DNA of 56,568 nt, filler included, from Sphacelaria rigidula (taxonomy: Eukaryota), in the NCBI GenBank assembly GCA_964200075.2. It is 6 parts of 6 records of this genome, joined end to end, with 100 filler letters (N's around TTAATTAATTAA, not from the genome) between each part and the next. Parts side by side here need not be neighbours in the genome. Positions count along the whole stretch, not along the records: positions 1 to 9,346 come from CAXNAA020008705.1; positions 9,447 to 18,791 come from CAXNAA020008706.1; 4 more parts are not named here. The stretch is one strand, 5' to 3'. The notes beneath the pieces are model-generated. The model made no database searches. It was not told where the DNA came from and saw only the letters and a program-made list of their open reading frames with translations. Of the stretch, positions 1-11,216 are shown in pieces. The translations under genes and the position numbers were made by a program. The stretch's first letter is position 1; every line of letters begins with the position of its first letter.

Positions 1-2097
1 CGTGCGGATCCTTATACTACCTATAGATGCGCAATGAGGTGGTTTCCAGCGTGAAGGACACTTGATTTGAAAAAGTGCAAGGGTTTGGCTCGTCGAATGA
101 CAGGGGATCACCATCACCACCACCACCACCACCGCCATATTTTTATTTTCCACACGGATACCTCTCAGGTGCCCGTGAGAGAATGCAAGAAACAGTTTCC
201 CGCACCCGGAAGATCCGAATCCAGTATGCGAGAAATAGGTTTTTCACAGTATTCTTCACCTGCTATCCTGTATGGTCCGCGTACATTGTGCATATTCACA
301 AGTCCGTAGATTGACCGTAACAGCCCGGGCACATGGAACATGAACAACGTATATTCATTTCGAGTGGTTCTACAGCAGGGATGCCAGGGGGCTGCGCAAA
401 AGAGATATTGTGGACACGTAGCCCCCAAGATCGAATTTGAGGTTTTGAGGGGGGGGAGGGACACCCAGCCTTCTGCCCCCTGGTTTATTGCCGAGGCGTT
501 GGCGGACGCGGGAAGCTGCCGTGTAGAGAGATCCTTGGCATGGAGACCAATGAGATGGCGGACACGCCGCCCCCCCCAAGCTCATCACTCACCATGAATA
601 CGTTTGTGGGATCATGTTTCGTGCCGTGGGCCTCGAGTACCTACCAGCAGTCCGGGCAAGCTTGGCAAGGCGTCAGATAACGTTGCCATATTGGCTACAG
701 GCTGTCGCTACCGCGCGCTCGTTTACATACATGTGAGTGAGCGTGGCCGGCATCTGAGGTCATCGGGACAGAGCGGGCAACGGGCAGAAGCAAATATACA
801 AAAACTCCGCAAAGCGCACCACATTTTCGGTTTTTGTCGGTGTTTATTGATCATTTGTTTGCAACAAAATTAAGAAAAACAAAATGACAATTTTCGAAAA
901 AATGTCCCGCGGGAGGGGCGGGGGGGGGGGGAAGGGAGGGGGGTTCGTGTCCGAAACACTTCTCCACGCAGCCCCCTGGGGGTGCACGTATTGTTTTCGG
1001 AGGATCTGCACTGTTCGGGGAGTATGGCCACCACAAAAATCTGGGCCCAAGTGTGCAGCCTCGGAAAAATGTTGCGACTGTAAAGTGCACCCCTACCATA
1101 GAATCCCTGCGCAGAACTGATTAGTAAAGTGTACGGGTATTACTGAGGAACTTTGATCTGCTCGCATGCTCAACACAGTGCAAACGCGTGGAAGAAACGG
1201 GACATGTTATGAACTCAAGGAGCGAGGTCATTTCTCACAATACGCATCACTTCGCTGCCGACAACCCCACCCAGTTCACACTCAATTAGTAACTACAGCA
1301 GCAGCCTCGGAGCATCAGCATTGACTCTACCGTTCAGGCACTTTTTCGCAACAATGCCAACAAGCGCAAAACTCCGATACCCTCGTAGTTGGTTCGGAGG
1401 GTAATGGTGATGGCGTAAGACCCGCAGGAGGAATCAGTGATGGTACTGCATGGCGTCGGAAAGCTGCCGCGAACAATCGCTCAAGGCTACAACGAGTGGC
1501 GGCATCTAGATTGAGAAGCAGTCCACTGCTGGGAACGCGACCCGTCATCTACACAGCGCACACGGTGAGCTGTTGTGATTCAGGTTCAATTACAGCACCG
1601 TTGGTCTCCGGTCCACTTATTCGCCGTCAATTATATCCTAATTTTTGGATGTTGGGTTGACATCATTGTGGCGAGGAAATAAACTACAACCACGACCGGT
1701 TTCGTTGAGGATTAGTCCCTTTTGCCGTGAGAAACGGCTGAATTCGTTTTCAATTGTTGGCCTTCCCGCGAATGTTGCTAGTCTTGGCTGTCCAGCGCCA
1801 AATTGAAAAACAAAATACGGGACGGAGTCCGAACTATGTGCATCCCCTTGCGCACTGTTGCGACGCCCAACCTCAGATACAGACACATGTGCTGTTGAAT
1901 GTGAATTACATAGCATGTAACCAAAGTTTCAGCGCCTTGCAGCGAACACAGAGGGCGTATGACCGTGACTACCGCGCTGATCATCTCTCCAGGCGATACC
2001 GGAATGCCTTTTCAACAGTATTGATCCATGTTTGCCAGTGCTGCACCCTCCCAGGTGGTCATGACGTTGAACTGAGTGTACCACACTTCGACCGCAG

Positions 2098-5000
2098 TTG
2101 AACCAGGTACTACACTTCTATCCTGGATCCTTTCCACCGGCGGTTCTTCTTTACTTGGTAGGGCTGAAGGTACTTCATCCCCCCGATCTACACTCGACAT
2201 GTGTATACCACCTACTGTACTCGGGTCGTACCTTTTCTTCCACGAGTTGTAGCTTCCCGGGTGCGATTTGTGCTGTCCCTGCCTGCCTCGCGCGTGGGAT
2301 TATTCCGACCATAAATGACCGTTTATGTGAAAATAAACAGTCGAGTGCACAGGCACGCCGCCGAGTTGTATCATTTGAATCTTCGGTAGCACCTAGGGTT
2401 ATGGATGGACCCGACGCGATTGCACAGTCGCCTAGTATAGACCACCCAGTAGGACCAGTAAGCATCAAGGGTGAGGCAGGAGAACCGCCAGATCGAGATA
2501 CGAGACAAAGCACTTCTCGATACCCATCCGGACCGGGGAAAACATACAAGAATTTTCCTGCCGAGGATTCCACCATGCATGGCACAAACGCTGGCATCGG
2601 CCGGAACAGTGGTAGTAGTAATCTGGGTGAACAGACTAACATAGCCCCCACCGAAACTAAGTATTTTTTGGTGCACAGTAACACAGCTCGCATCCGCCGA
2701 AATGATAGTGGTATTCCGGTGGGCACAAGGAGAATTGTCCCACTGAAATTTCAACTGGGAGAAGCGAGAGTAATCGCCTCGGTCAGGAAATCAGTACCAC
2801 AATGGTAGGTAGCAATGACAGTTTTTCGCCGGGCGTCTCTCATGTGCATGGCTTATCAGCTCGCACCACTCGGGACAACAGTAGTCGAGGTCCGGAAGGG
2901 CAAATTAAGGTTAGCCCTACTCTCGATTTGTGCATGAGGTTGGATCAGCAGACGATGGTACCGATGTGCAGCATGGCATGACTATTGAGTTCTCCAATAG
3001 TGCCGTTGTAGCATCCCGAGACACTTCACGTCCTGTAGACAGTGACGAGTCTCCATGTGGCGTGATGCCCAACGTGGTAGTAGAGGATGCTGGCGAACCT
3101 AGTAGGACACTAAGCAACGAAATTTATGCTCTGGATCCGAAAACAGGTGACCGTCTGCCTAACCAACATATACCTGTCCGCATTCCGGTTACAATTTCTA
3201 GTTCGATCTTGCGTGGTCGTAAAGGTACACACCTAGAAGAACTTCACACATCGGTGGGAGGCGAAGTAAGCTCGAATCGCAAATAAAGTTCACCTTTAGT
3301 TCAGATTTTTCCGGGTCCAAAAGCTACTCGGGCACTGGAGGTTAAAGCTCTGATGGACACGGGAAGCCCTGCAACTTTCATACAGTACCCGGTGTGGAAA
3401 AAATGGTTGATATGGGAGCAGCCAAAATAGAAGGTACCCGCGAAAATTATCCAGTATCCTGGGGAGGTTTTAACGGTGTTCCTTTTTGCACGTCGTCACA
3501 AGTTAGATTAAATACCAGGTTATGGCGTAGAAAACCCAACCCAAGAAGTTCGATCCGAAACGGCAAGGCATGTTTAGCAGTTTATACCCGTGTTGTACCG
3601 AAAGGCACGATGAACAATGGTATCCTGGTAGGAAGTGATGGACTAGAACTATTCCCGGTCAGAACATATCGAGGTGTTAACAAGCGAGAAGCAGTCATGA
3701 CGTTAGAAGAAAATAGCGTGGACACTGTTAATCGTGCGTTCGCAGACAGTGTTCGCAACGCTGGTGGATTTTTAGAACCGGAATCAGTACCACCCCAGGT
3801 TGTAATTATGTATTATGGATCGACGGAGATAGGACAACCTGATTAGTTGTCGTGGATCCCACTGAAATTATTCAGCATGGACGGAACGCCAACCAAAAGT
3901 GGATCGTACTATGTTACTCTGGACCGAGGATTGTCTCTGAAATTATTGTGGAAGCAGAATCGATTATTCCTCTCCGTTATACAGGTTTAGAGGGACAAAT
4001 GCTGGCTAAGACTACAAATCTAGGTTTTGCCGGAGCACCTTTGATATCATGCTCTTTGGAGGACGTTAAGATCTCTGAAACAACGGATCCAAAACCTGAC
4101 GAGGTGCTCACGATTAACCAGGATTTAAAACAACCTCCGATCTTGGCAGGTTTGGACGGTGAACAGCAAGAAGCACTCAAAGACATGTGGGAGAAACTTC
4201 CCCCGCATATGCGGAAAAAACGTTTCGGTTGGAAGGCGCACAATGGACAGTAGACGACATCTAGAGTTTGGGTGAACTTTTGTGCAAGTATTCGCATCGA
4301 TTTTCCAAGGACAAGAAGCAATGCTACGGTAGGGGTGCACTTTTTTCGCATTTTTTTTCTGGGTCAGGAGCTCCCGAAGAATCTAGACGCCCAAGAGCAT
4401 GGATCAGGGCATCCCCGTTGGCAGATTTATTCGGGATATCCCCAGCACATTGGAATAGTAATCCTGGCGTACACTCGCATATTTTCCTAAGTCGTTTTTT
4501 GGATGAGATGAAGGGCTCCTAACAATTCTAAACTCAGAAAATACTTGTGCACCCCTACCGTAGCATCACTCCAAGACGGATTTAGGGTATTACACGGTGG
4601 ACCCGTTTAAAATTGAACTCAGACCAGGGACGAGGCCCGTAAAAAAGCGCCCGTATCGTCATAACCGGGCGGTTAAAAGAAAACCACAAGTGGAAATCGA
4701 CCGCATGCTAGCAGCAGGCTTTCTTTCTGAGGAGATCGTACTCGAACTGGAGTAGTCCGCTGGTCGGGGTGAACACAGCGGATGGATCCATTCGAACTGC
4801 GTGTGACTACAAGAAACTTCATGACCATACGATTATTCCGGTGTTACCTCTTTCAATTATTGAGGAACTCCTGGATGAATTGGGGGGAGCCAAAATATTC
4901 TCGTGTTTGTACATCACATCTGGCTACGCTATACATCAAGACTCAATTCCGTTGACGGCGATTTGTACACAAAGTGGTTTGTATAAATGGTTGGTCATGC

Positions 5001-6336
5001 CGATGGGGCGTAGTGGAAGCCCGGGTTGGTTCCAGTCCATCATGGCGCGAATATGTGATGGCCTTGAACGCTGTCGTCTCTATATTGACGACGTTTGTAC
5101 TTCTAGTGCATCGGGGTAACAACATGTAGAGCACTTGGAAAATCTTTTTCGAAGACTAACTAAGTACAACCTGAAATTGGCACCGAAAAAAGCACATGTA
5201 GGGGCAAAAGACTCTAGATTTCTAGGACATCATATTTCTGCCGCTGGGATTTCGCCGGACCAGGAGAAAGTGAAGGCTTTACACAAGATGCCGAGGCCTT
5301 CTGATGTGCCACAGCTCAGATCGTTTGTGGAAGGTTTGGGGTACTACCGTAAAATTTATTTATTCCGAGAATGGCGGCTAGAATCAAACCTCGAACTCGA
5401 TTGTTGAGGAAGAGGGTTCGATTTTTAATTTACCCAAGACCATAAATCTATAGTCGGAAAAATATTATCCTCGCTGACGACTGATGAAGTTTTAGCGTTT
5501 TCTTGTTACGAAGGTGCAGCTTCGAAAAAGCGACCATTCATGCTCACCACGGATGCGTCAATGGATGGTCTGGGGGCGGTAGTTGAGCAACCTCAAGAAG
5601 ACAATACGGTCCGTCCTCTTGTTTTACTACGTAGAGGAACGCTTTTCAACGAAAAAAAATGGAGTGTGTGGGGATAGAAGCAGCGGCTATTGTGTGGGCC
5701 ATCAAAAAGAACAGGTCACTTTGCTATGGTGTGCCGTTTGATATTTTTACAGATTACCAGCCGTTGCGAAACTTAATGAGCCTTGCAGAAAAGGTTCCGA
5801 GAGTTCAACGCTGGCATGACTTTCTAAGTGCGTACAGTTACAAACTTAGGTACAAACCAGGACTTCTGAACGTGAATGCTGATATGTTGTCTCGTTTACC
5901 ACAGCCACCGAATGATCCTGATATTTTTGGGGATGCCCAAATAACGGATCCGGAAGAGATGAATGTCTATTTTATTGGCGCTGGTGGGATATGGCCAAGC
6001 ATTTTCGAAAGCCCAACCAGGAATGGACTCATAGAACCTGTAGTGAGTACTCACGATTCAAACTTGAATGGGCTGGACCCTGGATCGCTTTTCAAAATTG
6101 GGGGAAAAGAAGTAAGTGCAGTACCGGTCACGACCTCTCAAGAAGCTGACAAAAATGGATTGAGCTACAAAGAGCGAGGGGTAGTAGTAATGCAAGTGTG
6201 GGAAGGGGAAAAGCGGACAAACCTCCGTACGGCGTACCGGATGACTCTCCGTTACTTTTTCCTCAAATTAGTGACATGGTCAGGGGACAATGAGACCGGG
6301 GCTTGCCCTTGGATGCATATCCGATCACGGAAGTAG
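2098..6336 (+). mobile_element. Decayed Ty3/Gypsy LTR retrotransposon pol (protease-RT-RNase H)
   Basis: Aspartic protease VKALMDTGSPATFI at 3341-3382. RT from ~4600 (PFKIELRPGTRPVKKRPYRHN; WSSPLV; DYKKL; MPMGRSGSPGWFQ; YIDD at 5081). RNase H FMLTTDASMDGLGAV at ~5537, then EAAAIVWAIKK, TDYQPL and NADMLSRL. Multiple stops and frameshifts. No LTR or integrase was recognised. Confidence 0.92.
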
Positions 6337-7389
6337 GAAGAAGATTGCCGCAGCCTCAGAAACACAGAAGCCGTGCCAGTAATCGAACCCACAACCGAAG
6401 TAGGAAGCAGTAGTGCGGGGCCGCAATTGATGTACGCCGATTTTCGCATACAACACTCACTGTATAAATTATCAGCTGGGATGATCCGGAAAGTAGGGGT
6501 AGTACACACGAGCGAGAAGCCCCAGAGGGAGAACCTATGGTCCTAAACGCGGCATGTGTAGAAAGCTATGTTCAAGGCTGGAACGTCGGCACAAGTTACA
6601 GGCTGAAAAGGTGATTATGTCCCGCGTTGGGTGATGTGCACGGTGTTGCTCGGTAGGGGTGTCTTGCGGGCCCCACTGTACGACCATAGGTGGCGACCAC
6701 GCTTGGTGTTGCAGCGCCACCACCGCGCCCAGGGCGCAGTACATGGAGTGTGCAATCCGCCTGAAAAAGAAATCTCTCAATTGCTTTCGAAGAAATGGAG
6801 AACGGCACGATCCTTCGCATGCATGTCTGGCGGCGAAGCTGATGGGTTTGAAATTTGAAAACTCCGTAATGATCATAGTAAAGTGCAGTATAATACGCTG
6901 ATGCGATGTACTATCTGCATTGCATGTCACACTATTGAATACAGAACGTCCAGTACTGTGAAACTGTAGGACAGTACTGTACAGTTGTAGTATAGGTGTT
7001 CTGTGATACGAATTGTATAACAGTACTGTATTACACTACTGAGATACAGTACTCTAAGGACCGTATTACAGCATTAACTACATCCTACCTGCTGTACACA
7101 ATGTTGGGCACGATGCAGACGGTGCCAATTATTGTGGGAAGGTCGTTAAAGGACAGGAACTGAGAGGTGCCAGGGTCCACCATTCTCCACCGTGCGTGAA
7201 ACGAGGTCGGTCCCGCACCCCGGCGGCAGCATTCACCGAGGATGTGTTAGTCTATTTCGTTTACGTTTTTTTTTTGGTAATGGTGCTGTATTGCGTGCGC
7301 CAGTATATGCTCCTGCCCTGGTCCCCTCGAAGCCTTCTCAGCGTTGTGCTTAGTGTTCCTTGACGGATTGCTGTCGAAAGAAAATGGAG

Positions 7390-9140
7390 CGATTTATAGG
7401 GTGTAGGGGGGCGGTTGCATGCTGGGCGAATGCCGTCACCGGATCGATTCGGATATTTTGTTCGTAAGCCATCGGTGACCTTAGTCAACCTTTATCGGTG
7501 TAGATCCCAGGACATTGCAGCATCCGCGGAGGCAACACGAAGAAAACACATCCAGCACTTGAAGCTGACGGACTCACGTAATGACAGGCTGCGTGGGTTC
7601 CGCGACTACACAGCCCCATGATGGGACTGTTTTTTTTTCTCGCCCATTTCACCCACCCCGATCGCTGGCGTGAAAAAAGAAACGGAACTGTGGTCGTTGG
7701 CAGTCCCCCTGTCCACCGCGCACCGCTCGGATACCTACATTTCCCAGTGTAATTATGGTGAACAACATTCTGCACATGGGCGGCGTGTCGACTCCGGATC
7801 ACGCCGCCAACACGAACTTGACTTAGTGTTCCCAGCACGGCCTATTCAATTCCACAGCAACTAGCAATGGTAAAACTTTCAGGAGTAAAGAAGGGAAATA
7901 AGCGAGTAAATTTGACAAACAAAATACGTAGGAAATTTCCTTGCGTTGCACGCGGCATATTGTACTCCGCCGGTCACCTCACGCAAAAGACGCCGTCGCT
8001 TACCCGCAGATATTTGACCATGGATACACCAGAAACAGGGCTTGTCGGGATCCGCCATCGGTTGCATGACGCCGAAGAACATGCCGTTGCGTCACCGGTG
8101 AGCCAAACTATGTTGGGCGGTGCCGTTCTTTCGTTATTCCCCCCGTCGCCGCCGTCAAATGCAACGCACAGTACCTGGGCCGGGGTTGGAAAAGGATGTC
8201 GAAGTGGATGCTCACGTCCATCGACACGGACGAAGTCATGATCGTGTTGCTGGCTATGGCGACAGAGAGGATTGCCGCGGTTGGGCGATGACCGCACGGA
8301 GGTGACCCTGCGCCGTCGGTTGCACGGCGGTACTGAATATCTTCACGGCAATCGCGCCTACCTAGCCATCACCAATCTGCAGGACGGCCCTCACAGTGCG
8401 CGGGTAGGGTCCAGCGCGTGGGTTGAGGGAAGTCTGGGCATGATGATTGCCCTGTTCGTGCTGGTGTTTTTGCTGAGCGGGTGTGACTTCCTCCCGTGCT
8501 TTGACGGTCGGCCGTTCCTCGCGATGTGGAACGCGCTGGTCAAAGGTCTGCGGGTACAGGGCCTTTTCCGAAACCGCTCTTGCGACGTGACGGCGACTTG
8601 CTTATCGTTGACGAAGACGAAGTGGTCAAGTTCCTAGCTGTTGCTTCCTACTAAAGGAAATAATCGCCATTCTCCACGAAGGAAAAGAGCGCGGAGAGTA
8701 TCCTCGAAAAGCAGGCGGGGGGGGATATCACGAAGTGTGTGAACTGGGTGAGATTCTTAAGGTGGAAAGCAGGCGGCACGAAACCGAAAGATCTGGTCCC
8801 GGCCGAGGATACATTGCGCTTACAAGCAAGGCGGGCAGCGGCTGTGCTAGAGTATCGGTTGGGGGGGATGGCAAAGACGATACCCTCTGTCGACTTCAGC
8901 AATCGAGGGTGGACCACCGCGTCGAGCGACGCCAACGAGGCTATGACGAAAGACAACCTTGTTGTTGTTGTCTTGTCGGAACACGCACAGATCGATCCCA
9001 CCGGGAAGGTTCAGTGCCTTTTGTGCCGCTGCAACCCCGCGGCTGCCGAGAAGCACAGGTGAAAGCGCACATACACTCGTGCGAAGTTTCGGCAGGTCTG
9101 CCACCCCTTACTATGCGGGTGCAAGGGACGATGCAATCCG
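7390..9140 (+). mobile_element. Decayed XPG/FEN1-like (PIN) nuclease plus C-terminal Cys-rich finger; probable Academ (AcademX) DNA transposon remnant
   Basis: Across frameshifts: WMLTSIDTDEVMIVLL (from 8205), LLSGCDFLPCFDG (from 8470), VVKFLAVASY, LVPAEDTLRLQARRA...DFSNRGW, and QCLLCRC...VCHPLLCGCKGRCNP (to ~9140). The motif order matches the XPG domain plus Cys8 finger described for Academ proteins. Confidence 0.65.
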
Positions 9141-9346
9141 ACCATCGGTGCACAAGAGGATGGTATCCTTGAAGGATCAGGGCCCAGAACGGGGAGTGAT
9201 CAGGGGACGGGATATGTGATTCGGGAGTCGGTCGGTGCGGAAGAATGTGCCGTGCGTGAAGCATTGGTGAGCACGGTGGAATGTGCAAAGGACTGGGGGG
9301 GGGTGTACTCATGATCATGCATGCCATAGTCATATGACCATTGACC

Positions 9347-9446
9347 NNNNNNNNNNNNNNNNNNNNNNNNNNNNNNNNNNNNNNNNNNNNTTAATTAATT
9401 AANNNNNNNNNNNNNNNNNNNNNNNNNNNNNNNNNNNNNNNNNNNN
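9347..9446. other. Artificial scaffold spacer (N44-TTAATTAATTAA-N44); also at 18792-18891, 28237-28336, 37681-37780 and 47125-47224
   Basis: Identical 100-bp spacers carry a six-frame stop linker and separate near-equal-length segments. Confidence 0.97.
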
Positions 9447-9496
9447 GGGGAGAGGGGGGAGTGGCGGTTTTTGTGGGGGGAGGGGACCTCCTCCCG

Positions 9497-9556
<60 letters not shown>

Positions 9557-10224
9557 GATGGGGAGAGGGACGTTCCAGAAAAGATGGGCGATGACGCGAT
9601 GAGCCTGCTGTTTGTTGTCACGAATGGTGGCGGCATATTATTTCATAGTACAGTCTAGACGCCCCGACAAGCCATGATTGATTTGACACACTAATCAGAG
9701 TACAATATACCGATCGGAGCTTCCGGTTCGTCGACACGACGCAACAAGTGAAAGCCCCCCTTCCCTCACAAGAAAAATAAGAGACTTTCGAGGCAATACA
9801 GCGTTCTGCACGGTCGCGACCACAAAAGAAACGTCTCTATGAAGCCAAAATCTGTGGGAGAAAAGAGGGGCGAGGGGGAATGCACGCAAGAAGCTTTGTC
9901 CAGCTGACGTAACGACAGCAACACTTTTCTGCGGAACAAAAAGCGAGCCGGGCAGCCGATTTCATGGTTTTCAATATTCGATCATTCCTCCGAGACCACA
10001 ACTCTGCGCGAAACGCGCATTAAAATTGCACACCACCAGCCCTAGTAAAGCCTACGACAGTATTCGCGGTTGGGGGGTTGCGCAAACGCTATTCGGCGAG
10101 TACTTGCGTGCTCTCTCAAGGTTTGGGGTAGATTGACCAGACACAAAGACGGTGTTTTTTTAGAGTTAGGCGAATGAACCTCAACTCAAGTTGCTTCTGT
10201 ACTTGAGAGTGCAGTACAATTTAC

Positions 10225-10380
10225 TCGCCTGTTGACTGGTGGGGTCTTGAAATTAGTGCCCCAGTCACTGCCGTAGCGGCCCCGAAACTGCTGTGCTTGC
10301 AAGCCTAGCGGTGCGCCACCGACAGCCGTTGTTACCCTCATCAGGAGCAGTAGCAGCAGCAGGGGCATTAGAGACGTCAT
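10225..10380 (-). CDS. Possible first exon (signal-peptide-like) of a gene divergent from gamma-CA
   Basis: MTSLMPLLLLLLLMRVTTAVGG... followed by a donor-like site. Candidate acceptors at 9929-9930 (ttgttccgcag) and ~9604. The product was not recognised. Confidence 0.3.
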
Positions 10381-11216
10381 GTCCCTCGGTAGGGGTTTTC
10401 GGCGTTGCTGGGCGACACATGCCGTGGTCATGGTGGTGTTGATCATCTTGTTTCGTGCTGAGCTTTTTCGCGCAAAAATGTCCATTAGGTCACTGACGCG
10501 ATGACGTGCCCGAAGAGAGCAATAACCGGAAAACCTCTTTCCTCTGTTGTACTCTTTCACTGCTTCTGTGCAAGCAAAGATGCTACGGAAAGGATGTTGT
10601 ATACGTGAGGAGCAGGGGTAATTGCTGCTGTTGTGAAATCGTGTGGCCCTGCTGGATTACTTTTGTGCGCCGTTGGGTCTGCTTCAAGCTTTTACTAGGA
10701 CGAGGATATTCCGGAACTTGAGACTGCGCGTCAACCTACCCGTCGACGGTTAGATTTTTTTCACTGGTCCAATTACATTCCGAATTGGCTTCAACCCAAC
10801 CAGAGCAGGCCATGTCGTTGAACTTGCCGCTACCGGCTCTTGTCGGAACCGTTGGACCCTAGCCGTTACCGGCTAGACCGTACTCGTTACCGGCTAGCTT
10901 TGGGAGAACCCGGTTGGAACAAAACGCCTCGTTCGAAAAGCATTTCTGTTTGCCGGATTCGGGTTTTGTTTTCGCATGACCTGTACTTATCGAGAGTCCC
11001 TCTGTCTGTGTACCAAAGCAAGACGAAGGGCCTGGTTTGGTGCGCGTGTCTCAGGCCGGAGACGGGCTTGTTTAATTGTGGTACGATAAGAGCGTGATCT
11101 CTATATTTCGTGTAGCAACGTTTCGTAGCTGGGGTTTCTTTCGTTGAGGTAAAATCATCGGTGCAGCCTAGAGGGCCCCCACCGCAGGGATCGTGCAATC
11201 TGAAGACGAAGGAAGG

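Noticed and set aside
160..260. P-loop-like GSSGCGK on the minus strand
   Set aside because: It lacks the following S/T, has stops just upstream and has no other ATPase motifs; likely chance or unrecognisable debris.
9391..9402. Periodic TTAATTAATTAA every ~9.44 kb
   Set aside because: Synthetic six-frame stop linker, not biological periodicity.
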